This document shows, in pieces, positions 47,580 through 61,260 of a DNA stretch of 64,000 nucleotides (positions within the stretch are counted from its first letter, which is position 1; each line of letters opens with the position of its first letter). The DNA is from Mustelus asterias (taxonomy: Eukaryota): contig NC_135802.1 in NCBI RefSeq assembly GCF_964213995.1, forward strand, positions 90,086,001 to 90,150,000, written 5' to 3'. The translations under genes were made by a program, and so were the position numbers. The notes under the pieces were generated by a model. The model did no database searches and was not told the origin of the DNA. It saw only the letters and a program-made list of their open reading frames with translations.

Positions 47580-50500
47580 TTCAGACGAGTTTGCAAATAT
47601 GTGAAGTAATTATTGTAGGGTGGGTGAAGACACTGGTTTTGCAGAGTGCTTGCTTGTCCTGGAGGGGCCTGACTCTGTTCTCTTCAAATGTTGAGATTGT
47701 TTGATGACAGAGATTCCCCCATTTGGATCTGTGCAGTGTTTTTTTGATTTGATTTCTTATTGTCACATGTATTAACATACAGTGAAAAGTATTGTTTCTT
47801 GTGCGCTATACAGACAAAACATACCGTTCCTAGAGAAGGAAACGAGAGAGTGCAGATTGTAGTGTTACAGTCATAGCTAGGGTGTAGAGAAAGATCAACT
47901 TAATGCAAGGTAAGTCCATTCAAAAGTCTGACAGCAGCAGGGAAGAAGCAGCTCTTGAGTCGGTTGGTACGTGACCTCAGACTTTTGTATCTTTTTCCCG
48001 AAGGAAAAAGGTGGAAGAGAGAATGTCTGGGGTGCGTGGGTCCTTAATTATGCTGGCTGCTTTGCCGGGGCATCGGGAAGTGTAGACAGAGTCAATGGAT
48101 GGGAGGCTGGTTTGCGTGATGGATTGGGCTACATTCACGACCTTTTGTAGTTCCTTGCGGTCTTAGGCAGAGCAGGAGCCATACCAAGCTGTGATACAAC
48201 CAGAAAGAATGCTTTCTATGGTGCATCTGTAAAAGTTGGTGAGAGTTGTAGCTGACATGCCAAATTTCCTTAGTCTTCTGAGAAAGTAGATTTTGTAGTC
48301 GTTTAGTTCCCCCCATGTAGTTGGGTCCAACTTACAGGCTTTGAGATTAGCTTTCAGAATATCTTTGTGTCTCAGTTGGGTGTCCTGTGGCGTGGGTTTG
48401 CGTGCTCAGCTGGCTGTAGAGTACCTCAAGACATGTGCGAATCCTTCATGTGACCCATGTGGCTGACCTAGTGAAGTTGAGCTATGATGAGCATACTCTC
48501 TACCAGGTATATGGTGCCTTGGAAGAACTTTAGTGTTATGCCCACTTGATGTTGCATATACATAGCAAGGTGTGGAGATAGAGTGCATTTAGTAGCTTCA
48601 TGTGACACCGCCAATAGATTGTTCATGCCCCACAGCCATAGAGAAATGATGTGAGAATCACTACCTGGCAGACTTTGATCTTTGTTTAGAAGCAAATGCC
48701 AAAGCCTGTGGGCGAACCTGCTAAATGCTGAACTTGCTTTTGCCAGGCGACTGATGACTTCTTCATCCAAAGTGATGCTGTTGGAGAGGATACACCCAAG
48801 GTAGCAGAATTTCTGAATTGGGTTGAGGGATGTATTATTGATTGTGACTATGGGGTCTTGGAGTTTGTGACCAGGAGCAGGTTGGTACAAATTATCTGTC
48901 ATTTTCAGCCTAATGGTAATGCCAAATAAGAACAGAAAGTACTAGAAAAACTCAGCATTTGTGGCGAGAGTAACAGTTAACATTTCAAATCCGCATGACT
49001 CTTCTTCAGTATTCAGCATCTGCAGTATTTTTCTTTTATTATCTGGCCAAAGTGGTCTGAGGTTTGGGCAAATTGGACAGCAAGCTGTTGGAGGTCCTCT
49101 GGAGTATGTGCACAATCATTGGCAAACAAGAATTCACTTAGTAGCTGTTCTGTCACTTTTGCGTTAGTCTTGAGCCTTTACGGATTGAAGAGTTTGCAGT
49201 ATGTCCTGAAACTGAAAATATACTCTTATATCGAGATCTTTGAAAGCATAAAAGAGCATGGGCAAAAAGCAGATGGCAAATTGGGGCCATCACGAGGCCT
49301 TGCCTGGTGTCACCAAGCAAGGTAACTAAAGAGTTACCATTCTGCATCACACTGGCCATCATGAAATGAGTGGGTCACCCTGATCATCATCTCAGGTCAG
49401 CCATATTTGTACAGCACCTTCCACAGGGCTTCATGTGTCGAAGGCCTTGGGTCAAGTGAGCAAATACCATGCGGAGGTCTGTTTTTTGCTCGCAGGGCTT
49501 TGCTTGAATTTGACCTGCCATAAAGTTCAAGCACAAAAATTATGATTCTGGCTACACCAAATTATTAAGATGAGTGACAGTTCTGTTGAGAATGACCCTT
49601 GCAAGAATCTTTCCCGTTGTAGGGAGAAAGTAAAATACCATGATAATTGTCACAGATGGAATTGCCTCCCTTTCACTTGTTCAGGTGAGTTATTGAAAGA
49701 TTCTTGTAATCTTGGGGCAGACTGCTCAGTTTCCAGATACAACAGTGGAGCCAAGTGAGCCTCCTAACCACCTGAGCACCCCTGTACTTGCACTGGATGC
49801 ATTACAGTGAAGGTTCAGTGGTTTGTTCCTGAGAAGAGAGGCTGAGGAAATTGGGCCTATACTCTAGAAAAATGAGAATTGATTTCATTGAAACATTCAG
49901 GTTATAACGGAGCTTGACAGGGTAGCAACGAAGAGGTTGCTTCCCCTGGCTGGAGAATCTAGAACAAGGGGACACAGTTTATCTGGAGAAGGGGCTGATC
50001 ATTTAGGACTCAGATGAGGAGATATTTCTTCACTTAGTGTTGTTAATCTTTGGAATTCTTTTACTCCCAGAGTTGGTTGATGTCCAATTGTTGAATAAGG
50101 CTGCAGTGGACAGATTTTTGGTGTCTCATGGAATCGAAGTTTGAGGGGAGCATGCTGGAAAGTAGAGTTGAAGCCCAAGATCGGCCATGATAATATTGAA
50201 TGGCGGAGCAGGCACTACCCTCCATATGATCTTCTCCCACTCCTATTTTGTAATGATATATATTTGAATACATCAGGTGGAATGCCATCAGCTCCTCGGG
50301 ACTTAACCACAGAGAGTTGCTTTATGGATTTGGTGACTTTGTGATAGATGGAGAGCAAGTTTATCCAGAACGCAATGCTGTAGAAGTGATTCGGTGGCAT
50401 CATTATATTTTGTGGATCCTTGGTTTAGGAGATGGGTAACGTGCATTGCCCAATGAGAGAGAATCTCATGACTGTTTGTTAGGAGCTGATTGCCATCGAC

Positions 50501-51700
50501 TAAGAGGACAGGTGTTGTACCATTAGCCTTGGACTCATAGGCAAGTCTAAAACCTTCATCAGGTTGTGTTTTTTGTAGCTTCCTGAAGCTCAGCAGCCTT
50601 GTTCTCCCACCACCATCAGTTCTTCATCTCTCTGTTTGACCTACATTATGTTTTACTTCATGGTAGCTGGCTTTTCTTGCTGGCATTTTTCTTTTTGTCA
50701 GATATGTCAGATCTGTGAGCATTGTGAATGTCATCAAGTATCTTGACAAAATTTTGTTCATTCTTGTCACATAAATCTTGGTGCTTCCATTTGCCGAATC
50801 TCTGATACTGCAATATGAACGACATCTTTATCTTCTTCCAAGAATCTGAAATGTCTAATTTTTAAGATATTAATACGCTCTACTGCTAATTTTGTTCCGG
50901 TTCCTGTCTCTTGACTGAGTCATTTAGGATGGTTACATGTAGCACTTTGGATGTTATCATCTGAATGCTGGTCAGACCATGGAGTTGTCAGAAGCAAGGT
51001 GCTATGATCAACTTTCATTACCTCTAAGTAGAATGCGCATCCTTGAGGTCTGTCGTACACAACGTAGTCCACATGTGCCATTGTTTAGATCTATGGTGCA
51101 TCCACATTGTTTTCAGTTTATCAGCTTATTGGAAGATTACGTTTGTGATGGTAAGGCCAAACTTGCTGCACTTGGGTAGAAGAAGCTAGACATTGGAGTT
51201 TACTGTAACATTGTCAGGTGTTCCATATGCCAATTTATGCCAAAATAGGCCTTGAAATCATCAAGAATGATGAGTTTGTCCTGGTATGGTATTCCTTTGA
51301 TGATCCAGATGAAATCATTGTTGAATGCTTCTTTGATCACCTTTCTCTTTGTGTTATTACGGGTTGCTGCAAAGACTTATTTAAAGTACCATGAATACCC
51401 TTGGGAAGGGAGTCAGCTTGCGTGCCAATTCAGGTTAAATGGCAAAGCCTATTTGACCGACTGGTCTTTTGAGTTGCCAATGCAGTAGAATGTGTAGCTT
51501 GTTTCCTCAAGATGAACACCTTTGTTTCTTAGAAGCAGTTATATTGCACCCGCCAGCACTCTGATTGTGAAGGCTGTTCTACACTCTGGTCTTTTATTAA
51601 CATCCAGAAGTGTCCTGTCATTCTGTGAGATGAGTGTCATCTGATAGTTTGTTGTCCATTGAGTCTTCTTTGTGTTTTGACCTCAGTGATTGATGATCTA
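47580..51700 (-). mobile_element. Old RTE-clade LINE with nested Rex1, PLE family B (about 48925-49040) and CR1 (about 49790-50250, +) pieces
   Basis: KFCYLGCILSNSITLDEEVISRLAKASSAFSR and KSRGADGIPPDVFK are RTE-type motifs. Confidence 0.75.
47745..48292 (-). mobile_element. Rex1/Babar-clade LINE 3' end
   Basis: Minus strand reads LRRLRKFGMS..NFYRCTIESILSGCITAWYG..PSGKRYKSLRSRTNRLK..FFPAAVRLLN; AAATC-repeat tail. Confidence 0.85.
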
Positions 51701-51951
51701 GGTTTTGCAGCCTACATGATTTATCTCCAGGAATAAGGGACTTAAGTTACATGCATAGATTTGAGAAGCTAGGGTTGTACTCCTTGAGAGAGAGGTGTTC
51801 AAAATCATGAGCAATTTAGACAGATAAATAGAGAGAAATTGTTCCCACTGGTGGAAGCATCAAGAATCAGAAACACAGATTGGGTTCTTTAGCCAAAGCA
51901 ATGTGAGGAAAAACCCTTTATACACAGTGAGTGGTTACCATTTGAAATACA

Positions 51952-53032
51952 GGCTGCGATTCTCCAGTCGCGACCTGCAACGTTTCTGGCAGGTTGAGGT
52001 GGGAGATGTGCGTTGCCGGCCTTGTACTGGGATTTATGCATGCACATCTCCTAAAGCTGGCGAACAATTGCCGGTCAGACCATGCTGGAAACCGGCAGGA
52101 AGGCAGATAAGTCATTTGAATCTGTTTTTAATATGTTTTAAATGTATTTTTAATTATCGAGAATTTTCAGGTCCCGATTGAATCTCCCAGCCTGCCAGGA
52201 GTACTTCATTCCGGCGGGGTTTACACTAGCTCCCCACGTTTGGGTAACTAGCGGGAGACCCCGTCAAAATGAAGGGGGGGGCAATCAGGGCCCCCAGGGG
52301 GGTCGGATGGCAGGGGTGGTGCCCCCTGGGCATGGGCACCATGGCACTGCCAGCCTGTGCCCCCTGGCACTGCCCAAGGGGCATAGTGCCCATGCCCAGA
52401 GGGCACCTTGGCACTGCCCGATGCATGATGGGCAGTGCCAGTGGGGTGGGACCTATTGTGGGTGGGGCCTAGGGGCGATCAGTGGAGGTGGGGGTCTCGC
52501 TGCCACTCTGCATACAGGATTGGTCTGGGATGGAGGGAGGGCAGTGATTGGGGCGGGCTGGGGGGGGGGGGGGTCGTATGCTGGGCTGGGGAAGTGGTGT
52601 GCCAGGAGGGGTCTGACCCCGGGGGGCGGGGGGGGGGGCGTGGGATGTGGAAAGGGGGTCTGCTGCGGTGAGGGGGCTGGGGGGATGGACATCGGGGCAC
52701 TCCGGGGTTGCGGGGGGTGGCCTAGGAATTGTTGTTGGGGCCGCGATCGGGCCAGGGTGGGGGAGGGGCTGGAGGAGCAGCACTGCAGGGATCCCGGGAT
52801 GGCCAGCGATTGGTCTGGCCAGCAAACAGGGAGACTGACAGATTGGGGCCACTGCGCATGCGCAGATTTCCAGAACTGTCAGACTCCGGCCACCACACCG
52901 CTCCCCCCCCCCCGCGCGCGACCTCTGCAGTGCACAGAGTGGGGAGATTCAGGTGAGAAGCTGAACTGACAAAACAGTCGGGATTTAGAACAGTTTTCCT
53001 GCCAATTCAGCACTTTTGGGAGAATCGCGACC
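51952..53032. mobile_element. Non-autonomous DNA transposon (Harbinger-like), about 1.08 kb, inserted in a CR1 3' fragment (about 51710-53190)
   Basis: TIRs GGCTGCGATTCTCC / GGAGAATCGCGACC; imperfect 3-bp flanks ACA/ATA; GC-rich interior; CR1 homology resumes on both sides. Confidence 0.75.
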
Positions 53033-56000
53033 ATAGTGTCTTAAAAAGTGGTGGAGGGAGATTCAATTGTGGCTTTGAAAGGGGATTTGGATAAACACCT
53101 GAAGGGCTAAGGGGAAATGGTGCGAATTGGGACTAGCTAATTTGCAGAAACCCAGCTCACTCGAGGGTTGAATGGCTTCCTTCTGTCCTGCAATCAAAGT
53201 TGAACTCAATGGGGTATTGCATGAATGAATATGTGTAAGAGCCTTTCACCTTGCACATCTGCTGCACTAGAAGAAAAAAATGTTGAGATCAGAAAACGTA
53301 GTCTCTTAATGCTGAAGCCTCAAATTTACAAGCACTTTTCAAACTTCATTTCCTTTGTTGAATAATAATTCAAATCTGGGCTGAAACTCTACTTTAAAAA
53401 AAAATGTGCTTGTAGACTTTTTCCCACATTCAAAATGCAAACAAATTATGGTTAGTTGTGGTTAGAAATGTGCATGTTTCACCAAACCATTCGATGTTGC
53501 TTTTATGTTTCCATTCCTCATGATTATGGCACATCATATCTTTATGAATCAGTCCTTTCTTATAAATGTTTTATGAAGTTTTTAGTTCTTTAAACTCTCA
53601 CCACATTATATTTTCAGTGGGGAAGCTTTTACTTAAATAAGGAAATATGCATTCTTTCTCACTTTTTCCATGTATTTTTGTAAAGTAGGTTTGTGTGTCT
53701 TCTCCCTCCCATCTCTACATTGTTTACTGTCTTTTCTCTTGGATGGAAAGGTAATGAGTGCGACGATCGGAAGGGATCTGAGAATATGCAAATTGCACCA
53801 CCCGCTTGAAAATCCACTTTTCAGGCCGTGGAAACTCCCTTCTCATCGCCTCAATTTTGTGTTTTCCTCTTGTCACCATTCCTTTACTCCCATTGAATTC
53901 ACAGCTCTTTTCTATTCTGTATTGTAAAGCCATGCATCTGTTGTGAGTAGTCATATGACCTGCAGTGAAGTCACCTCAGTCATTGGCGGGTTTTTATCTC
54001 TCTTTTATGTTGGACTTTAATCCGGCAACAGCTGTTCAATAAATCTGTATCGAGTTGGTTCAAAACCTACAGTGTGGCATCAAAACCTACAGTGTGGCAT
54101 CTTTTGTCTTGTTAGTGCTACCAGTCAAAACATCTAATATATAACACTTCCCCTTTGCATTCGCCCTTCAGGCACTACATCCACACAGTCTACACCATTA
54201 TTCTCACCAACTTCTATCCTCCTCCACCCCCACCTGTCATTTATCACTTGCGCTTCCCCTTCCATTACATTCTTGAATCCTTCTCCCTCCTTCAGTCATA
54301 CTCACCTATACCTCCCTGATTCTTACCCATCAACACGAACATGAAAGCTTCCCAGCACTAAATTAGGATTACCAGCATTAGTTGTTTTTTTTTCAGTAGT
54401 ACTATAATCTATGAAGTGGGGGGAAAAAAAGTTTAACTAGTTTAGTACTGGGAAATAGACAAGGAAGCGTAATGTGAACTCTGATCAGACTCCAAGAGTG
54501 GGTAAACAAGCATTGCCAGTGGGCTGGTAGGTAACCACAGCCACAAGACTAGAACACAGGGATGCATAACAGCCTGAAAGGAGATCAGTGTTGAAGAGTG
54601 AGTGGGTGAGCAGTGTAAAACCTAGGGAAAAAGCAGTGCCTAGAGCAAGGGGACATAAAGACTGAGAGAGCAAGGTGCGCAGGTTAGATAATATTATATA
54701 CATAAAATAATGAAGCCAAATTTGAATAAACTTTGCCTGATATCATTGTTTGATACAAAGAATAAAAGCACCTGTGGAAATTGACTTGGAAAATGGCAAT
54801 TTTACCAGCAGCAGCATCGCCCTGAAGACAAAAATGTAAATAAGATGTGGCTGTCCAGTTAAACATAATCAGGTATGAGGAAAAATGTGACTCAGGAAGT
54901 AAATATGACAAAAAGGAAGTGCATGCTAAATGGAAGACTTGTAACCTATAATACTTTGCATTAAGATACAGCTTGAAACATAGATTAAAAATGAATAAAT
55001 AAACAGGGCATGCCTGATTATAATACAATTTTATCTTTTGGCACCTAACTTTTTTAATTGCCCTACATAATGAAAGTACTTCAGAACACTTTTAGAAATC
55101 CCAACAAATTCAGTGCAGTTAGTTTACTGCAGCATCATGAGTGTTAAAAGTTCTAAGCCATGCAAATGGAATGCTGTGTCTCAATGTTGGTATGGGTGGA
55201 CTGGGGATATTACAGCCAAAGGAACAACACTAAAAACAACAATCAGCAGGGCAGTGAAGGGAATGTGAAGGAGTGAGACCAGTGTTGGAGTGGAGAGCGT
55301 TTGCTTTCAACCACTAGTATGATCAATCAGTGAGTTAGACCGGGGCTTCTTAATTTATAATAGGTGGGGACAGAATAATTGATGTGCTTTTTCGGATGGA
55401 ATAAATTCCCATTAAATTAGTTACCCTGAAGTTTGGCAGGGGTGGGTGGGTGCGTGCGAGTGTGATTTAGCTCCTGCTTAGTTTTGAGAGTGTATCCAAA
55501 TTGCTAGGTGCATAAGTGATACTGGTGCCAATTGTTTTAAAATGTTTGGCAATTTCATATCGGCAAATTAAGGTTGGATTTCTGATTCAATCTGATCCAT
55601 TTGTCACTGTAAACCAGGGTACCAGAAAATGTTCACTCAAAATGACCATAATGAACTTTACAGTGAAAAAGTCACCCATTTATTTCTCCTCTTTTCATTT
55701 CCTTATACTTTTATAAAAATTGACTAAGATTCATGTAATAGCTAGTGACAAAATAGAAATTGGATAGCTACAGTTGATGACACTTGCCGCTCACTTTGCC
55801 AGAAAAATGTAATTGCATTTTTGCAGTTGAAATCCTGTGTTTATGAAGTGAGAAATGCATATGGGTCTTCTATTTGTTGAAGTCTCCTTTTTGAGTAGAC
55901 TTCAACAAATCCTAATTACTTAGGATTTATTATTTGCATTGTCATCCTCACGGAGATGCATGGTAACAAGTTTGCTATTTGGCACAGATTGAAAGTGTGT

Positions 56001-56077
56001 TTAATGTTTCGAATTTCATGACTTGAAAGTTAAAAGATTGTATTATGAACGCAAGATTTTTCTCTTTTTATTTCAAG

Positions 56078-56265
56078 CGTGAAAGCCCCGGCTTGTGAAG
56101 GAGCAAAGTCAAATCCATCTAAAAGGCATCGGGACAGATTGAATGCAGAGCTCGAGCGCCTAGCCAGCCTCCTGCCCTTCCCACAGGATGTTGTAGCCAA
56201 ATTGGACAAGCTGTCTGTTCTCCGCCTCAGTGTCAGTTATCTCCGAGCTAAAAGTTTCTTTAATG
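56078..56265 (+). CDS. AHR: Aryl hydrocarbon receptor (AHR1-type), exon 2, bHLH domain
   Basis: Polypyrimidine tract plus AG at 56076-56077; 188-nt exon; donor G|GTAAG. Joins exon 1 in frame (AG+C = Ser) and reads [70 protein letters not shown] and [11 protein letters not shown] favour AHR1 over AHR2 or AHRR. Confidence 0.97.
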
Positions 56266-57248
56266 GTAAGGCCGCCCTCTGAAATATGTTTCATATTCAT
56301 GTTATTAGCCAAAAGGAAAGTACTCTTGTGAATAACAGGATGCAAAAGGGGGTGTGTAATTCCTGCGGAAAGTAAAATTTAAATGTTATCATATGATCTT
56401 GAACTTTGGACGGTGGAAGGGAAGTTTTCTTTTTGCTGTGAAAATAGATTTTTCTTTTATGAATGCAGGTACTTTAGTCCACATCTACTTCCTACAAAAA
56501 TCATAATGCTTCTTAGACAGTGCATTAGAGTTTGAGCTGGATATGAATGTAACTTTTTTTTGTAGTTAATCACTTGCAGAGATTTGGTTTCTGAAGACTA
56601 AATAATAAACAACCCAACTTGAACTTGTCATTCTGGAGAATTTCAAAACTTATTTATCATTGGAACACAGTTTAGTCCATTCCCAATTAATAGATATGGA
56701 GTTAATAATTATTTAGCAAAACATAATTTTACAATTTTTTTCTAGGAAAGATGTATTGATTTCTGAGATTGATACAAAGCATACTGCTATACAAGTTTGT
56801 TTTCAAAGTAAAGCAGTTAGCTGCTGGATATGGTGACAGGGCCATGGTGTTGGGGGATGCAGTGGAGGAAACATGCAAAATTAGGCACTCTTGCAACTCC
56901 ACTGGGAAAGCATTGGTCTGCCATTCCAAGGATCTGTATAATAAATTCCAACTTCCAATGAGCTATTTAGTTTGTAAATCCTCTAACCACACTGAGTCAG
57001 TTTGCTAATTCATGGGTGGCTACTAAATGAGAGTGCCATGTGGTAGATTGATGATCTGTTGGAAGAGGCAAGTGAGATGAAAGGGGAAGAGGCAAAATTG
57101 GAATTGAAACTAAAATTCCCTTAACAAATCTTTTGACTGCCAAAGCAGGGTCATTGACTTGTAGAAGACCTGGATAAAGAGAGTGGTGAGTGGGAGAAAG
57201 CCAAAGAGGATTGGAGTGGGATAAACGTGTTTGTGTGCACATAAACTA

Positions 57249-57376
57249 TGGGTGGAATTTTCCGATACCGCCCTCCGTAGGAATCGTAACAGGCGGGACA
57301 CAGACCATGCAAAGGTTCGTTAACCTCGGGCGGCACTTCCCAGCTTTGGGGCGAACACGGCTGGAAAATCCTACCC
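57249..57376. mobile_element. Short MITE
   Basis: TIRs GGGTGGAATTTTCC / GGAAAATCCTACCC. Confidence 0.75.
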
Positions 57377-58094
57377 TGAATGTTTTTTTTGTGCAAAACA
57401 TAGATTTTGCACTTTTTCCTGCAGATGTTTCTTGAACATATAAATATTTTATCGTGCAAAAGAGAAATCCCAATCTCAACATGAAGGACATAAAAGTAGA
57501 CAGAAATGATATCTAACTTTATAGCAAATTTGAATGGCCTTTTCTGGCTGAAGTGATTTTTTAAAAAAAACTGTTAATGATTGGATCTCTTCAGGCCCCT
57601 GAAGATGACTGTGTTGCCATAATCATATTTTCACTGCTATAGGGCAATTGTTTTAGCTGAATCTTAGTAACAGCAAGTTTTTGAATCATTGTGGTAGTTT
57701 AAAAGTAATGCTAATTAAGTTTTATAATATTATAAATTGTAGAAATAGAGTTGTTAAAAGTCACTGCTGTATATTAACTCAATGATAGACGTATACCCGC
57801 ATACTTTAGAGTTGAATTATCCAGCTAACCTATTGGTTGCTGTTGGTTTAAATATTTGAGGCTTTAACCATATGATTTAGGCTGATGCATTTTCTTCTGT
57901 TGCATTCTATAAAATACATATCAAAATGGACAGATATAGAACTGTTTAGTTTTTATTACTCAAGTGTCTTTTTAGATTTAGAATAATTCTTTAGTTGTAA
58001 TGCAGTTAGCTGTCACTGGTATGTCAGTTAATGTTAGGATACACAGGTGAAGGACATTGTTTAATTAAGTACTCCGAATACAACTAAATAGGGG

Positions 58095-58480
58095 GCCACC
58101 TGGTGTGGAGGGTAGCGGGGAGGGAGGAGGACCACCTCGTAGGCCTTCTCTGGCTCCTGGGCCTAACCAAGGTCGCCATTAACGGGTCCAGACAGTGGGT
58201 GGTGGAGTGCTTCATCCAATCTGACTGTCTACCCCTTTACTGTGGCTATATGCATGGCTGTGTGGCCTTGGAGAGGGAGCACGTAATGTCCCCTTGCATG
58301 CTTTAGGCCTTCTGTGAACTGTGGGCACCACAGGGGCATGGGTGCATCATCACCACAGGAATTTGATTTGTTAACTTTCCTTTTGACATTTTGATTTTTG
58401 TTACAGTGCCCCACCAAGGGCTGCTACCCCCTCTCAGTTTTGATTGTTGTTTAACTTATTGTTTTTTCATTAACTAAAAG
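58095..58480 (+). mobile_element. Tx1/L1-clade LINE 3' remnant
   Basis: LLGLTKVAINGSRQ..DCLPLYCGY..VALEREH C-terminal motif followed by a T-rich 3' UTR. Confidence 0.65.
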
Positions 58481-59869
58481 GGTATAAATAGGGGGCAGCT
58501 GGGACACTGGGCATGAGGGATGAACTACGAGACTGAACAAAGTCAACAAAGAAAAGCTGTGTTTTAGTTTTGACTTCATCAACCAACTTGAATTCTATTA
58601 GCATTACCCCAGTAAAGACAATTTGTTATATAATTTAGCATTGAAGTCTGAGCTGAATATTTAAATGACTATAGTAGGACATGTGGGATTTCCTTGCATA
58701 TGATTGGCAATGTGAGTTAGCTGGTTATATTAGAACAATTACTTGAAAGATGTTTCATAATATGAACAATATATCTCTTTATTGTTGCTGATTTCTGAAG
58801 CAACCAAAAACCACTGACAACTGGCCAACTCCACCCGCCCCCTTGCTTTTGAAACAGCTTGGTGAACATTCTTTTATGTTTATTCTATTAAGAGTTCCAA
58901 TTGCCTTTATTTGGGAAGAAAAATGAACCGTAATTGTATGATTACCGATTTAACAGAGATGTTTGTTTTGTACGTTGCTTTTATGCGTTTGTAGTCGCAT
59001 TAACAAAACTTGGCATGCTATCTGTTTTGGGATTTCTGAAGGAAATGTATGAACGCAAAGAGCAGTGAGCAATCTGCTAAACACTGCTTTAGGGCTTAAG
59101 CGAACTTTTCTTTCTCTCCAAATTGTTGTTTTCTAGTAGCTATTCACCATGTGTTTTAACTCTAAATTGTGTCAGATTCTAAATTACTGCAGATGGTGTT
59201 TTTTTTTACAGGCTAGCATTTAAAACTCCTAATGCCTTAAAGCACTAAATGAATTGCATATCGGAGAATTGGTACACACACCTACACAGGTGGCGCCTGA
59301 AGAATTGCATCTTGTTTTCATTCTTATTGCTGGATCTCTTTTCTGTAACTTACCTCAAAAATTGATCTTGTAGACCCTGATTTTAGCACCAATTATAATC
59401 CATACATGTGAGGAAAAAGGAGACTGTAGTAGCATTGTTTTGTAACTTGCAGGTCTGTATCATTATTCTGGGAGTGCTTGGGTTTTGGCAATTCTTATTT
59501 TGAGTCAATTACTCCTAAGCAAAAAAGTATGAACTATAAACTGGTTATTTATAACACCAGCTATAGTCCTCTTTTTCACCTCTGCAACTTTACATGGATG
59601 CAGCCCTTTAAAGCTGTATATTTTTGGAATCCCATTGGGTAGAAAAATGGTTTGCCCTGGTGTTTGGGTGTGGCTGGGGGGAGAAGTGTCACATTTGCAA
59701 CCATGTAGATCAAGGTTCGATTGCACAATTTTCATGGCCCTACCTCATCTGCATGGCTATAGCACTAGACTAAATGTCTCTAGTGCTCCTTCCCTGTTCT
59801 CCAAGTTGCCTGTCGCCTCTGTGCATGGTGTGCTGCATCTTAAAGGGAAGCTGCACAAAAATATTGTCA

Positions 59870-60117
59870 TGATGTGGAGATGCCGGCGTTGGACTGGGGT
59901 AAACACAGTAAGAAGTCTCACAACACCAGGTTAAAGTCCAACAGGTTTATTTGGTAGCAAACACCACTATTTCTGTAAATTGAGTTTGTGTCTTTACGTG
60001 CCCTGTTTGTGAACAGATCTCCCACTCACCTGACGAAGGAGCAGCGCCCCGAAAGCTAGTGGCGTTTGCTACCAAATAAACCTGTTGGACTTTAACCTGG
60101 TGTTGTGAGACTTCTTG
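59870..60117 (+). mobile_element. PLE family A insertion: inverted tail-bearing pLTR piece plus a direct pLTR with hammerhead motif
   Basis: 14-bp TSD CAAAAATATTGTCA at 59856-59869 and 60118-60131. Confidence 0.9.
60027..60061 (+). ncRNA. Minimal hammerhead ribozyme motif
   Basis: CAC-CTGACGA-A-GGAGC-AGC-GCCCC-GAAA-GC-TA-GTG; one mismatch in stem II. Confidence 0.72.
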
Positions 60118-60139
60118 CAAAAATATTGTCACAGTGTAA

Positions 60140-61260
60140 AGTATTGCAAGCAGACATCAGGGCAGACAGAGGTTTCCATACTGATGTATGTGGCACTGGA
60201 GCTGCAGGTAGGCAGAAGGTGAGGTGCTTTGGTACTGTTGGGATACAGGAGGTCATCAAAAATCACCCTCAGTTGGGACTGTAAGCAAGTGGCCAGGGAG
60301 GTCAACTCTGAGTCTGCAACTGAGAACCTGGCAAAAATGCCACAAGAAGTCTAATAACCTCAGTTATGAGGTGAAAGTCAGTGTATACATCTTTATATGA
60401 CATCTATTACCCTACCACAACACCGGGCCTTCATGCTTCTCAATGCATCACATCCAGCAGCACTCCACAGCACTCGGGACTTGCATCTAGAATCCATATA
60501 CTCAACCTCACCCCCACACACCTACAGTGCTGCCAACCTCTCACTCATCTCTCACTGGCTTCTGTATACCATAAACTATTCAGCTATGGTAGGCATATTG
60601 CCCAGACACACTGTTGTTCAGCCCATTGATATGCTGCCTTCCCCCTTTCAGGACAAAGGGGCACATAATAGAAGGGAAAGAGCAGAACTGGTGGGGGAAA
60701 AGGACCCTTACACCTTATCTCCTTATGGAGATGATTGTCAGCATCATGGTGCCATGCTAGCAGCAATCGGGTCTGTGACATCCAACGTCACTGAGAATAT
60801 TGAGAATGACAGCATGTTCCTGCCTTACGCTCATTCTCAATTCCACTGGCCCTTATCCTGCTATCTGGCATGATGAGCAAGCTGCACATGATGTGACCTC
60901 AATCTCTTGCATCACACCCCATGCCACGTTCCCCTTCTGAGTTCTTGCTTTCCGACACCCAAAAATTGTCACTGTGCCAATCACAGTCACTGAGGGGAAG
61001 GAAAAAGGACAGCAGCACAGCACTAATGAAGAGACACTTGAGGTCACCAACTCAAATATAGGCATTGCACACACCCTGGACGCACGTTTTATAGAGTTAG
61101 AATCAACACATGATGAGTCATCTGAAGACCAGTCGCCTGCACTCTTGCCAGGGGTAAAGGATGGTTCATGTGTAAGATCACCTGAGGCCAAGGTGGCAGA
61201 TGGGTACTGCTGCAGAAGACTGGAGTGAGCACCTTAATGGGACCAGCATATAGGAGAATC
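60140..61260 (+). mobile_element. Harbinger fossil, Myb/SANT gene remnant
   Basis: KQVAREVNS..TWQKCHKKSNNL followed by QDKGAHNRRERA. Confidence 0.6.

Noticed and set aside
52178-52969. 263-aa Gly-rich ORF and neighbours
   Set aside because: Lies inside a TIR-bounded GC-rich non-autonomous element with poly-G runs; no domain recognised.
54061-54100. Perfect 20-bp tandem duplication
   Set aside because: Isolated slippage-type duplication with no further structure.
59212-59290. Candidate AHR exon 3 after TTTTTTTTACAG
   Set aside because: Immediate in-frame TAG when joined to exon 2, and no similarity to AHR exon 3.
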